64,000 nt of DNA, from positions 4,809 to 68,808 of the forward strand of contig CAYHBR010000003.1 in NCBI GenBank assembly GCA_964354985.1, in the 5' to 3' direction. Below are positions 27,901 to 37,962 of the stretch, piece after piece. The DNA is from an uncultured Candidatus Saccharibacteria bacterium. GTDB lineage: Bacteria > Patescibacteriota > Minisyncoccia > Phycocordibacterales > UBA9973. Position numbers and translations under genes: made by a program. The notes beneath the pieces were generated by a model that did not search any database, was not told where the DNA came from, and saw only the letters and a program-made list of their open reading frames with translations. Every line of letters begins with the position of its first letter. Positions within the stretch are counted from its first letter, which is position 1.

Positions 27901-29877
27901 ATGAAAATATTTATCTTAGCTACTTCTGTTATCGCAATTCTCTACGGAGCAATTCGCGCAAGTCTTATTATGAAACTTCCAGACGGCAATGCTCGTATGC
28001 AAGAAATCGCAAAAGCCATTCAAGAAGGTGCTCGTGCTTATTTAAATCGTCAATATAAAACAATAGCGGTAGTTGCAGTGATACTGTTTCTTGTTCTTGG
28101 TTTTGTGCCAGCACTTGGTTGGACTACTGCTATCAGCTTCCTTGTTGGTGCAATATTCTCAGGCGCCGCTGGTTATATCGGTATGCATGTTTCTGTCCGC
28201 GCAAATGTTCGTACAGCTGAAGCTGCAAAAAGTGGGATGAAAAAGGCTCTTGCGGTAGCTGTTGGAGGTGGATCTGTAACAGGAATGCTTGTTGTTGGAC
28301 TCGCTCTACTCGGAACTGCAATGATTTATTTCGTTACAGGTGATTTGCATGCACTTATTGGTTTTAGTTTTGGTGGTTCTCTTATTTCTATTTTTGCTCG
28401 ACTTGGCGGTGGAATCTTTACCAAAGCTGCTGATGTTGGAGCAGATCTAGTAGGAAAAGTCGAGGCGGGTATTCCCGAAGACGACCCACGCAACCCTGCG
28501 GTTATTGCTGACAATGTTGGAGACAATGTTGGAGACTGCGCAGGAATGGCAGCTGATTTGTTTGAAACTTATACAGTGACAACAGTCGCAGCTATGTTAC
28601 TTGGTGCAATTTTCTTCCCAGCGATTGCGAATATTTCCCTCTTCCCTCTTGCACTCGGTGGAGTAGCTATCATCGCTTCACTCATTGGAATTCTTTTTAT
28701 TCGTCTTGATAAAAAACAGCGGATAATGCGTGCGCTCTACAAAGGACTTATCACCGCAGGTGTTTTGGCGCTTGTTGGATTTTACCCAGTCGCAATGACA
28801 TTTTTCGATGCTGACATGGCAAACAAAATCTTTTTTGTTTCGCTTATCGGACTCGCTGTCACTGGTGTACTTATCTTTATTACTGAATACTACACAAGTA
28901 CAGACTACGCCCCAGTAAAGAAACTAGCAGAAGCTAGTACAACAGGACACGGTACGAACATAATTGCTGGACTCGCTCTTTCGATGCGCTCAACAATGTA
29001 TCCGACACTTGTTATCATTGCGGGAATATTGGGAGCTTATTCTATTGCTGGCATATACGGTATCGCCATAGCTGCAGCTTCAATGCTTTCAATGGCAGGT
29101 ATTATCGTGACTATCGATGCGTATGGACCTATCACTGATAATGCTGGTGGTATTGCTGAAATGGCAGACCTCGGTGATGCTGTTAGAAATGTTACTGACC
29201 CGCTAGACGCTGTCGGAAACACAACAAAGGCTGTTACAAAAGGATACGCTATAGGTTCTGCCGCGCTCGCTTCGCTCGCGCTCTTCGCCGACTATGCCAA
29301 CAAAGTTGGAACAAACACAGTCTTTGATATCAGCGACCCTCGTGTTCTTGCTGGTCTTCTTATTGGAGGACTTTTGCCTTACATATTTGGAGCTCTTGCT
29401 ATGGAAGCAGTTGGTGATGCTGCAGGAAGTGTTGTGCTTGATGTTCGCGCTCAGTTTAAAGAAAAGCCAGGCATAATGGACGGCACACAGAAACCAGACT
29501 ACGGACGAACAGTTGATATCGTTACAAAAAGCGCTATTCGAAAAATGATCGTCCCTGCTCTCTTGCCAGTTATCGTGCCGATACTTGTCGGAACTATTCT
29601 TGGAGTTGAAGCACTCGGTGGACTCCTCGTTGGTTCTATTATCACTGGACTATTCGTCGCTATCTCAATGACTTCTGGTGGTGGCGCTTGGGACAATGCG
29701 AAGAAATATATCGAGCTTGGTAATTTTGGTGGCAAAGGTAGCGATGCCCACAAGGCAGCTGTTACCGGTGACACTGTCGGTGATCCTTACAAAGACACAG
29801 CAGGTCCCGCTATCAACCCAATGATCAAAATTCTTAACATCGTTGCTTTGCTTATCGTAGGGATGCTAATCAAATAG
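27901..29877 (+). CDS. hppA: Membrane-integral ion-translocating pyrophosphatase, K+-independent type
   Basis: [43 protein letters not shown]. Confidence 0.96.
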   Translation: MKIFILATSVIAILYGAIRASLIMKLPDGNARMQEIAKAIQEGARAYLNRQYKTIAVVAVILFLVLGFVPALGWTTAISFLVGAIFSGAAGYIGMHVSVRANVRTAEAAKSGMKKALAVAVGGGSVTGMLVVGLALLGTAMIYFVTGDLHALIGFSFGGSLISIFARLGGGIFTKAADVGADLVGKVEAGIPEDDPRNPAVIADNVGDNVGDCAGMAADLFETYTVTTVAAMLLGAIFFPAIANISLFPLALGGVAIIASLIGILFIRLDKKQRIMRALYKGLITAGVLALVGFYPVAMTFFDADMANKIFFVSLIGLAVTGVLIFITEYYTSTDYAPVKKLAEASTTGHGTNIIAGLALSMRSTMYPTLVIIAGILGAYSIAGIYGIAIAAASMLSMAGIIVTIDAYGPITDNAGGIAEMADLGDAVRNVTDPLDAVGNTTKAVTKGYAIGSAALASLALFADYANKVGTNTVFDISDPRVLAGLLIGGLLPYIFGALAMEAVGDAAGSVVLDVRAQFKEKPGIMDGTQKPDYGRTVDIVTKSAIRKMIVPALLPVIVPILVGTILGVEALGGLLVGSIITGLFVAISMTSGGGAWDNAKKYIELGNFGGKGSDAHKAAVTGDTVGDPYKDTAGPAINPMIKILNIVALLIVGMLIK

Positions 29878-29917
29878 TAGCTTGACTTGCTGTAATACAT
29901 TTTGTTACAATCTGTAT

Positions 29918-30127
29918 ATGAGAAATATTGTAAACATTTCAATGCCACCGGCACTCAAGCGCGAGGTTGATATGATAGTGAAAAAGGGAAACTATGCTTC
30001 CGTTAGTGAGTTTTTTCGTGATGCGATTAGAAGCTGGAAGGAAGACCAGCTCATCAAAGAACTTCATGAAAGCCGTATTGAGATAACTCGGGGTAAAGTC
30101 TGCAAAAAAGAAAGAGAAACTATTTAG
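29918..30127 (+). CDS. Ribbon-helix-helix antitoxin (C-terminus altered by deletion)
   Basis: IVNISMP..LKREVD..VK.G.YASVSEFFRDAIR; promoter TTGACT-18-TACAAT overlapping TGTAA-N9-TTACA inverted repeat. Confidence 0.8.
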   Translation: MRNIVNISMPPALKREVDMIVKKGNYASVSEFFRDAIRSWKEDQLIKELHESRIEITRGKVCKKERETI

Positions 30128-30290
30128 GAAAAACCCATTTGAACCATCGCTTCGTACTCATAAATTGTCTGGCAAACTTGATTCTTTCTGGTCATTCTCT
30201 ATTTCACACAGTCATCGAATAATTTTTGAGTTTGAGTCAAAAGATATGGTTTACTTTCATTCAGTTGGCGACCATGATATTTATCTATAA
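30093..30290 (+). pseudogene. N-terminally truncated RelE/YafQ-family mRNA interferase toxin
   Basis: Frame reads VKSAKKKEKLFRKNPFEPSLRTHKLSGKLDSFWSFSISHSHRIIFEF...HSVGDHDIYL*; in-frame TAA at 30084-86, no start codon. Confidence 0.8.
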
Positions 30291-30337
30291 ATTAACTTTT
30301 TTGACAAAATAACCTCTTCCCCGTAAACTGGGGCGGT

Positions 30338-31387
30338 ATGTTAAAAAAAACCAACAAATTAGACAAATCAATGGTGGAAATGCTTTTCGAAGTACCCGCT
30401 GAAGTTTGGGTTGCTCGCGAAACCGAAGCAGTTGAATTTCTCGGTAAAGATATCGAGCTAGATGGTTTTCGAAAAGGCAAAGCACCGATAGAGGTTCTCA
30501 GTAAGCACCTTCCAGAAATAATGATTCTCGAAAAGATGGCGGAGCTCGTCATTTCGGAAATGTATCCGAAACATGTTGCTGAAGAAAAAATCCCAGCTAT
30601 CGGTCACCCGGAAGTTTCGATCACCAAACTCGCTCGTGGAAATGCGCTTGAGTTTACAGTGAAAACTGCCGTTATTCCTGAAGTTACTCTTCCTGACTAC
30701 AAAAAAATCGCCAAAGAAGAATGGAAAAACGAAAGCGAGGAAGTAACTGATGCGGATATTGAAAGCGCGATAAAAGATATCCAAAAGATGCGTGCTCATC
30801 AACAAATGCACGATTCTGCTATTCCACACCAATCTCACGATCACAAAGAAATCGCCGACGCAGATTTACCAGAACTTACAGATGAATATATAAAAACTAT
30901 TGGCAAATTTGAAACTGTTGCCGAGTTTAAGGAAAAACTGCTGGAAAATCTAAAAACAGAAAAGAGTGTCGAGAATAAAAACAAAAACCGTTCAAAGATT
31001 GTCGAACGTATTTCCGCAGAAACAAAAGTCGAAGTACCCGATATTCTTGTCGAGTCAGAACTTGGAAAAATGTTAATGCAACTAAAGGAAACAATCGAAC
31101 GTGCTGGAATGTCTTTTGATGATTACAGTAAGCACATCGGAAAAACTGAAGACGAAATGAAAAAAGATTTTGAACCTGATGCAAAAAAGCGCGCAATTAT
31201 GGAACTAGCACTTTTTGAGATAGGGAAAAAAGAAAATCTAAATCCTACTGAAGAAATTGTAAACATTGAAGTAGACAAATTACTCGCACAGTATCCAGGT
31301 GCCGACCGCAATCGCGCCATCGCATATATAGAACAAGTGATGACAAACGAAGCTGTTTTTGAATTTCTTGAAAAAAGCGTTTCGTAA
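30338..31387 (+). CDS. tig: Trigger factor lacking the PPIase domain
   Basis: GFRKGKAP ribosome-binding motif, C-terminal chaperone domain; 349 aa; upstream of clpP. Confidence 0.92.
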   Translation: MLKKTNKLDKSMVEMLFEVPAEVWVARETEAVEFLGKDIELDGFRKGKAPIEVLSKHLPEIMILEKMAELVISEMYPKHVAEEKIPAIGHPEVSITKLARGNALEFTVKTAVIPEVTLPDYKKIAKEEWKNESEEVTDADIESAIKDIQKMRAHQQMHDSAIPHQSHDHKEIADADLPELTDEYIKTIGKFETVAEFKEKLLENLKTEKSVENKNKNRSKIVERISAETKVEVPDILVESELGKMLMQLKETIERAGMSFDDYSKHIGKTEDEMKKDFEPDAKKRAIMELALFEIGKKENLNPTEEIVNIEVDKLLAQYPGADRNRAIAYIEQVMTNEAVFEFLEKSVS

Positions 31388-31474
31388 AATTCCAAATAAT
31401 TTGTTTGAGAAAAAATCACGCAGAAAAATAGTCAAGAACTACCAAGAGACAGCCTCCTCTGCTATAATAGCCCT

Positions 31475-32065
31475 ATGAATATTTTAATCCCAACAGTTAT
31501 CGAAAAATCAAGCCTAGGCGAGCGTGCATACGACATTTACTCACGACTTTTACGTGATCGCATCATTTTCCTCTCAGGCGTTATCGACGACCACACGGCA
31601 AATATCGTAATAGCCCAGCTTCTTTTCCTTGAAAACGAAGACCCGAAAAAGGACATCAAACTTTACATAAATTCCCCTGGTGGTTCGGTTTCGGCTGCAA
31701 TGGCTATGTATGACACTATGAACCACATCAAGCCTGATGTTTCGACCATCTGTGTCGGAATGGCTGCTTCTTCGGCGGCATTTTTACTGTCTTCTGGTGC
31801 CAAAGGAAAGAGACTTGCCCTACCAAATGCTGAAGTTATGATTCACCAAGTAATGGGTGGCGCCGAAGGTCAGGCCTCCGACATTGAAATAGCTGCTCGT
31901 CACATTCTCCGTACAAAAGACAAACTCAATAAAATCTTGGCAAAAAATACTGGCAAACCACTTGATCAAGTCGAAAAGGACTCCGACCGCGACTACTTTA
32001 TGTCTGCCGAAGAAGCCAAAAAATACGGCCTCATCGACGAGATTGTTAGAGAAAAGAAAAAGTAG
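31475..32065 (+). CDS. clpP: ATP-dependent Clp protease proteolytic subunit
   Basis: [27 protein letters not shown]. Confidence 0.98.
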   Translation: MNILIPTVIEKSSLGERAYDIYSRLLRDRIIFLSGVIDDHTANIVIAQLLFLENEDPKKDIKLYINSPGGSVSAAMAMYDTMNHIKPDVSTICVGMAASSAAFLLSSGAKGKRLALPNAEVMIHQVMGGAEGQASDIEIAARHILRTKDKLNKILAKNTGKPLDQVEKDSDRDYFMSAEEAKKYGLIDEIVREKKK

Positions 32066-32239
32066 CAACCAACGACACATTGCTGTTTGTAGATTTCTGT
32101 GGTATTTTAAGTTTGGTAATTTAAATTTAATTTGTCCCAGAATTCTCCCATGACCGGCATCATTTCTAAGAAATTTGTAGCTTATCTCGCAGTGCACTGG
32201 CACCGTGATTTTTTGGCGTTTTCAGGACTATAAAAATAT

Positions 32240-33760
32240 ATGAACATAGGAGTATATATACTCGCCGCGGTAATCGTGGGCGTGGCAGTCGGCTACTATC
32301 TTCGCCTTATCATTTCGCTTGGCAAAAAAGGCTCAGTTGATATCGAAATCAAACAACTCGTCCTTTCCGCAAAAGAAGAAGCTACGCGAATAGTTGATGA
32401 AGCCAAGAAGAAAGCTGGTGAAAAAGAAGAAGAAATGCGAGCGCGTGAGATAGAAAAAGAAGGTGAAGAAAAGAAAAAAGAAGACCGACTTATTAAAAAG
32501 GATGAGCTTCTAGATGCTAGGCAAGTTGAAATAGACAAAGAGTCCGAGAACATAAGGGAGCGAGCGGAAGAAATAAAGAAAATAAAAGAAAAAGCCGAAG
32601 GAATGCTTGCCGAGGAAATGTCCAAACTCGCTGGTCTTTCTCGTCTAACCTTGGATGAAGCCAAAGCTGAACTTATGCGAAGGATAGAGGAACAGTCATC
32701 TGAGGATTTTCTCATTCGTATGCAGAAACTTGAGTCTGATAGTGAAGAAAAACTCGAGCGCAGAGCAAAAGATATTCTTGCGACTGTTATCCAGCGTTTT
32801 TCTGGCTCCGTCGCAGCTGAACTTATGACAACATCGGTTAGTATTCCGACAGAAGAAATAAAAGGCAAAGTTATTGGTAAAGAAGGTCGCAACATCCGCG
32901 CTTTTGAAAAAGCCGCTGGAGTTGAGCTTATTGTTGACGATACACCGGGTGCGATAGTTATCTCGGCTCACGATCCAGTACGCAGACAGATAGCTCGTGT
33001 TGCTCTCGAAAACCTCATCATGGATGGTCGTATTCAACCAGCCAAAATAGAAGAAATGGTGGAAAAAGCTCAAGCTGATATCAATAAAATTATTAAAGAA
33101 AAAGGCGAACAAGCTGTGTACGAATGTGGAATATTCAATTTTGATCCACGCCTCGTCGCTATCATCGGTCGTTTGTATTTCCGCACAAGTTACGGTCAAA
33201 ATGTTTTGCAACATTCTATTGAAATGACACATGTCGCTGGCATGCTCGCCGAAGAACTTGGGGCTGATGTGCAGATCGCCAAAGCTGGCGCACTTGTCCA
33301 TGACATCGGCAAGGCACTCGACCATGAAGTTCAAGGTACACACATCGAAATCGGTATTCGTATTTTGCAAAAGTTCGGAGCTGACCCACGCGTTATCGAC
33401 GCGATGAAGTCTCACCACGATGACTATCCTCATGCTTCTATCGAAGCCGTCATCGTCCAGACCGCTGACATGATTTCTGGTAGTCGTCCTGGTGCTCGTC
33501 GTGACTCTGTCGAAAATTATTTGAAGCGACTGCAGGACCTCGAAGCTGTGGCAAAGAGTTTCACCGGTGTCGAAAAATCTTATGCACTCTCAGCTGGTCG
33601 CGAAATCCGCGTCTTTGTCTCCCCTTCTGAGATAAACGACTTGCAAGCCAAAGACCTTGCCCGCGACATCGCCAAGAAAATCGAAGCTGACCTCAAGTAT
33701 CCTGGCGAAATCCGCGTCGTTCTCACTAGAGAAAATAGGATTGTGGAGTTTGCGAGGTAG
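32240..33760 (+). CDS. rny: Ribonuclease Y
   Basis: N-TM, coiled coil, KH (GKEGRNIR), HD (HDIGK), SRPGARR. Confidence 0.98.
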   Translation: MNIGVYILAAVIVGVAVGYYLRLIISLGKKGSVDIEIKQLVLSAKEEATRIVDEAKKKAGEKEEEMRAREIEKEGEEKKKEDRLIKKDELLDARQVEIDKESENIRERAEEIKKIKEKAEGMLAEEMSKLAGLSRLTLDEAKAELMRRIEEQSSEDFLIRMQKLESDSEEKLERRAKDILATVIQRFSGSVAAELMTTSVSIPTEEIKGKVIGKEGRNIRAFEKAAGVELIVDDTPGAIVISAHDPVRRQIARVALENLIMDGRIQPAKIEEMVEKAQADINKIIKEKGEQAVYECGIFNFDPRLVAIIGRLYFRTSYGQNVLQHSIEMTHVAGMLAEELGADVQIAKAGALVHDIGKALDHEVQGTHIEIGIRILQKFGADPRVIDAMKSHHDDYPHASIEAVIVQTADMISGSRPGARRDSVENYLKRLQDLEAVAKSFTGVEKSYALSAGREIRVFVSPSEINDLQAKDLARDIAKKIEADLKYPGEIRVVLTRENRIVEFAR

Positions 33761-33782
33761 GTTTTGCAATAATTAATTTGGT

Positions 33783-33820
33783 TAATAAAAAAACCACTGG
33801 TAAGTCCAGAGGTTTTTTAT
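33783..33820. terminator. Bidirectional terminator between rny and SIMPL gene
   Basis: AAAAAAACCACTGG-taagt-CCAGAGGTTTTTT. Confidence 0.7.
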
Positions 33821-33831
33821 ATTTTGACTTA

Positions 33832-34584
33832 TTATTTTATCTCAAAATTCGCTCTCACGGTTATCATGACATCTTTTTCTATAGTTGAAGTGTCGTACGA
33901 ACCATAGTCTTCAACATCAACAGAGTCTGGGCGAAGAAGCTGGACTACACCGGACGAGGCGTTGGCGAGTTTGCTGACTTTGGCTCCCGTTGCACTCGCG
34001 ATAGCCTCGGCGCGGTTTTTGGCATCAGTGATAGCTTTACTCATCAGCGTAACTCGGATAGTCGAGAGTTTTTCGCTCGAATACAGATATTGCGCTTGGT
34101 TTGCCTCAAAGAAGACTCCCCTTTTAACTATTTCTGAGGCATCGTCTGATATTTTCTTAATTTTAGCCAAGTCGCTCGAGGTAACAGTAATATTCTGACG
34201 CAAAATTACACGCTCAGAACTCATCATTCTATTTCCTTTGTCGTCATAGTCGTATTCATTGTAACTAGAAGATGGCTCAATAGAGATTTCTTCATCTGTC
34301 GCACCTTCGGACTTGAGGAAAGTTTTTATCTTTCCAAGGTCTAAAGCAAGCTCAGTATAGCCAGAAGCCATTACGGCGCGAGTAGTTTGCCTAGTCCAAG
34401 AACCAGAGAATTTACCGATGTCGGAACTTACTCGCTCTTTTGCTGAACCAGTGACTGAAATAGTGTTTTCATTTGCTTTTAGGTGACTCACAGCAGTACC
34501 CAAAACAAACAAACCAGCAATGAAAGCCAACCCAAGGACAATCCCAGCTGATACATATGGTCTATCTAAAAAAGTTTTGTTCAT
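33832..34584 (-). CDS. SIMPL (DUF541) domain protein
   Basis: TISVTGSA, DAKNRAEAIA, ASSGV.Q, YDTSTIEK. Confidence 0.88.
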   Translation of the reverse strand: MNKTFLDRPYVSAGIVLGLAFIAGLFVLGTAVSHLKANENTISVTGSAKERVSSDIGKFSGSWTRQTTRAVMASGYTELALDLGKIKTFLKSEGATDEEISIEPSSSYNEYDYDDKGNRMMSSERVILRQNITVTSSDLAKIKKISDDASEIVKRGVFFEANQAQYLYSSEKLSTIRVTLMSKAITDAKNRAEAIASATGAKVSKLANASSGVVQLLRPDSVDVEDYGSYDTSTIEKDVMITVRANFEIK

Positions 34585-34728
34585 AATAATGAAACTTGTA
34601 AATTAATATTACTTAAATTATATACCTCGTTATGATTTGTTCAAAATCAACCGTTAAAGCAATCGGTAATAAAAAAATCGCAGGCCATTTTGTGGACCTG
34701 CGAAATAATTATTTAAACCAAATAGATT

Positions 34729-35148
34729 TTATTTCGTCTGTGCTATTTTACTTTTATTTACATAAAAAAGAAAAATAACATAAACAAGTAGAGCTAAGCT
34801 AGAGGCAATAAGGAACAAATACGCATATGATTCTATTTTCGAACCAATATGGCAGTAGTAATGTTTCTTAACTGCAAGAAAGAAAACTGCTCCTACAAAA
34901 TTGGCAAAAGGTAATATCGCGTATCGCATTGTTTCATTTTTATCTAAGGTGGAAGCAGTAGAAGCTACCAATAGAATAAAAAGAGAAACAATCATACTCG
35001 TTGCCAAAAGTGGTGGCACATAGATTTGGTCTGGCTTACCTGAAAGGTAAATACAGCCAAGCACCAGCATTATTATCAACCAGATAGGTAATATGTGGTC
35101 AATAAAAGAAAGGAACTTTTTTACGACAAGATCTTTTTTCATAATCAT
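34729..35148 (-). CDS. Hypothetical four-TM membrane protein
   Basis: Four hydrophobic segments; promoter TTGACA(35216)-16-TAATAT(35189). Confidence 0.7.
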   Translation of the reverse strand: MIMKKDLVVKKFLSFIDHILPIWLIIMLVLGCIYLSGKPDQIYVPPLLATSMIVSLFILLVASTASTLDKNETMRYAILPFANFVGAVFFLAVKKHYYCHIGSKIESYAYLFLIASSLALLVYVIFLFYVNKSKIAQTK

Positions 35149-35351
35149 TTTGGGTTTTTTTGAGTTATATTTAGAACTATTCTTTATTATATTAGCATAA
35201 ATGGCAAATTTGTCAAACTTGCCCTAATAAACCCTTACGGTATAATACTTTTTAAGGAGCTATTTGTTTTGTCCTATCCAAAACATTTGGTTTGAGTCGA
35301 AATTTAGCAATATAGCTTCCGGCCAGCGCTATGCGTGGTGTCGGACAGAGT

Positions 35352-35624
35352 ATGAATAAACAAGACATGGTTGAGTGGATTCATGGCAAAATCGGCGGTA
35401 CAAAAGTACAAGCTGAAGAAATCATGAATGGCCTCCTAGATGCTATAGTTGGAACCCTAAAGAAGGGCGAAGAGGTATCTATCGCAGGTCTCGGGATTTT
35501 CTCTGTAAAGCCTCGCGCTGCGCGAATGGCTCGCAATCCGAAAACCGGAGCGCAAGTCAGTGTTCCCGCAACAAAAGTGCCAAAGTTCAGAGCCGCAAAA
35601 GCTTTGAAGGACGCTGTAAAATAA
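35352..35624 (+). CDS. hup: DNA-binding protein HU
   Basis: MNKQDMV...GLGIFSVKPRAARMARNPKTG...PKFRAAKALKDAV; start re-called to 35352. Confidence 0.97.
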   Translation: MNKQDMVEWIHGKIGGTKVQAEEIMNGLLDAIVGTLKKGEEVSIAGLGIFSVKPRAARMARNPKTGAQVSVPATKVPKFRAAKALKDAVK

Positions 35625-35631
35625 GGCTATT

Positions 35632-35667
35632 AAGTAAAAAACCCTCCAGCTGGAGGGTTTTTTACTT
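35632..35667 (+). terminator. Intrinsic terminator after hup
   Basis: AAGTAAAAAACCCTCC-agct-GGAGGGTTTTTTACTT. Confidence 0.88.
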
Positions 35668-35739
35668 GCCAAATCACAGATATTATCGTATTATGACAAT
35701 CCGAATAAGCAGTTCCTTAACCAATTAAATACCAAAACT

Positions 35740-36138
35740 ATGGCAGAAAATCACTCCAATCCCCCATCCAACCCCCTTTGCATTACGCTAATGTCAAACA
35801 GCGTAACCGCACTTAGCTACAAAGAACAATTTAGCAGAGAAAAATTTGTAGGCTTTGATTTTATCTCAAGCAATACTGTTGGAGAATTTATTTCAGTGGT
35901 GGAAAATAACAATGCTAAAGGCATTATTATCGATCCGATTACAATTGCTTCTTTAAACCCCACCAACCACGAGCGCAAAAAGATTGTTTCAATCGCAAAA
36001 TCATTTGGTTGCGGAAAAGTCCAATTTGCTCACTTTACGATTCCGAACAACGGAAATGTAAGCCCAAACGAATTAAGTCGCTGGCGAAAGTATGCATACG
36101 AGCTATCCGAAGAACTAAGGCCTCTCATAGAGCCTTAA
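35740..36138 (+). CDS. Hypothetical protein, degenerate receiver (REC)-like domain
   Basis: ITLMSNS...GFDFISSNTVGEFISVVENNNAKGIIID follows REC beta1-beta3 pattern; own promoter TTGCCA-17-TATTAT. Confidence 0.65.
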   Translation: MAENHSNPPSNPLCITLMSNSVTALSYKEQFSREKFVGFDFISSNTVGEFISVVENNNAKGIIIDPITIASLNPTNHERKKIVSIAKSFGCGKVQFAHFTIPNNGNVSPNELSRWRKYAYELSEELRPLIEP

Positions 36139-36234
36139 CAAAGTTTAGAAACCGCCTTATACCATATGATTGTGTGTATCGCAGAAGAGTCTTTTCTAGA
36201 CTCTTTTTTTATTACTCAAAATCCCTCTTTGTAG

Positions 36235-36305
36235 TCGGGGTGCCGGGAATCGAACCCGGCCCTTATGTTCCCAAAACATATATACTACCGATATACTACA
36301 CCCCG
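36235..36305 (-). tRNA. tRNA-Pro(TGG), no encoded CCA
   Basis: CGGGGTG/CACCCCG acceptor, TATGT-ttTGGga-ACATA anticodon arm, TTCGATT loop. Confidence 0.93.
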
Positions 36306-36451
36306 AAAATTGCTTCCCTATACTAACACAAATTTTACTTTAAATAAAACGGTCAAATAAATAAGCACAAAACGGCTTAAAATATGCATAAAAAAACGGC
36401 CTTGAGTAGGCCGTTTCACTTCCCTGCTGTCTAGGTAGGTTTTAATCGTTC

Positions 36452-37123
36452 TTAACTTAGCTCTAGTGCCAATATCAATTCCTCTGAGTAGTCAGAAATT
36501 GTTCTCTCTGAGAAACCAGAATCGTCATTGTTGAACTCCTCATTTAAATGAGAAGTTATCTCATTTTCTCTAGCCTTGTTAATCAATGGCAGAATTTCAG
36601 CTCTTTTTGTTTTATGAGGAGAAATAGACACGCCAGAATGATTGATTATGACTTCCTCAAACTCATCCAAGCTTACTAAGAAGAAATTTTCCAAAGTCTT
36701 GTAAAGATCAGCCTTGTCGGTATTCTTCAAAATTCTAGCCTCTTTTTCTCTTTTAACACAATGGTCAAAAGGTTCTGTTTGGCTTTCCTTCATCTTTCCA
36801 TCCAAGAATATCAGCGTCCAAAGCATCGAACTGAATACTTCCCTTTTGTTTGAAAGGTTTTCTTTTTCCAGAATTAATTTAATCCGGTGATGGATCTCTC
36901 TAATTCTAGAGTTCAATTTTTCACAGTACAAACTGTTCTTTTCCAAAACTAGCCCGGCGCTTGTCTTTGAGATAGTGCCGACTACACTTTGTTTTTGTTT
37001 TTCTTTCAAGTAGCAGTCGAGTGCCTTGTAAAGATTGGATACTTCCTCGCGGATACTGATTTTCCGCGTTGATTTTGACTTTTTTAACCTGATAGGTTGG
37101 TCAATAATGCTTTCTTTTGCCAT
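36452..37123 (-). CDS. Hypothetical protein (orphan)
   Basis: 223-aa ORF, promoter TTGACA(37185)-17-TAGTAT(37157), downstream hairpin 36394-36416. Confidence 0.75.
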   Translation of the reverse strand: MAKESIIDQPIRLKKSKSTRKISIREEVSNLYKALDCYLKEKQKQSVVGTISKTSAGLVLEKNSLYCEKLNSRIREIHHRIKLILEKENLSNKREVFSSMLWTLIFLDGKMKESQTEPFDHCVKREKEARILKNTDKADLYKTLENFFLVSLDEFEEVIINHSGVSISPHKTKRAEILPLINKARENEITSHLNEEFNNDDSGFSERTISDYSEELILALELS

Positions 37124-37181
37124 AATATTTAATTTTAAACTGTTTAACTTTTCTCAATACTACAAACAATACGACCGCTTG

Positions 37182-37565
37182 TCAATACAAACATTCTAGA
37201 TGTCTGATATAAGCTTTCTTCATCTTTCTGTCGTATTCTATAGCTAGCGCATCTATCTGCCACTGGATACTTTCCCCGATCTTTTTTGTGTCTACATAGA
37301 CCAAGCATGTCCTGGCTAATTTTTTGATTTTATTTTTATGTAAGTTGTCCTCGGGTCGTAAAAATGGCTTTTCTCCCTTATAAATACAGGTTTTTACCTC
37401 CACGAACCTGATAATTCCATCCTTTTCCGCAACTATATCGATTTCACCGCATTTTCTAGTAAAATTTCGCTCAATTATGGAAAAACCCTTATTTTGTAAG
37501 TACTTGCAAGCTATATTCTCCCCTATTTGTCCTATTTTCTGTGTTTTTGATGTGAATTGTTTCAT
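37182..37565 (-). CDS. yraN: YraN family PD-(D/E)xK nuclease
   Basis: G..GE.IACKYL, RN....GEIDIVA, FVEVK; start MKQF (37565). Confidence 0.92.
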   Translation of the reverse strand: MKQFTSKTQKIGQIGENIACKYLQNKGFSIIERNFTRKCGEIDIVAEKDGIIRFVEVKTCIYKGEKPFLRPEDNLHKNKIKKLARTCLVYVDTKKIGESIQWQIDALAIEYDRKMKKAYIRHLECLY

Positions 37566-37633
37566 GTGAAAATAATACAGGGATAACATTAATTCCTCAT
37601 CAATTAAACATAAATTCAGTCTAAAGTTGTCCT

Positions 37634-37703
37634 TTATCAACAATATACACAGAGTTATCCACAGTTTTTGCGTATTTTACCTATATTTTATAAGTAATCC
37701 GCA
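37634..37703 (+). promoter_or_regulatory. DnaA-box cluster
   Basis: TTATCAACA (37634), ATATACACA (37643), perfect TTATCCACA (37655), TAATCCGCA (37695). Confidence 0.65.
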
Positions 37704-37746
37704 TATATAAATAGAACGAAAAGTAGAATTGTTAATAACTTATTTG

Positions 37747-37817
37747 TGCGGGTAGGGAGAATCGAACTCCCGTCTCATCCTTGGCAAGGACGTGTTCTAC
37801 CACTAAACCATACCCGC
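37747..37817 (-). tRNA. tRNA-Gly(GCC), no encoded CCA
   Basis: GCGGGTA/TACCCGC acceptor, CGTCC-ttGCCaa-GGATG, TTCGATT. Confidence 0.95.
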
Positions 37818-37962
37818 AAATTTATCCAACATACAAAAACGTGCGATTATTATACTCATTCCACACTTATTTTGCAATGATTATTGGCCTTATTCTTTTA
37901 CAATTAACCGATATAATGCTATTTTATCAGTATTAGTTACAAATAATAGTAATCAATTTAAA

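Noticed and set aside
30104-30110. A_AAA_AAG slippery site at the antitoxin/toxin overlap
   Set aside because: The toxin frame is +1 relative to the antitoxin; this heptamer promotes -1 shifts, the wrong direction
32296-33433. Long antisense ORFs (199 and 245 aa) within rny; similar ones in cca and the 1137-aa gene
   Set aside because: Explained by codon bias of the sense gene; F/S/L-rich with no motifs
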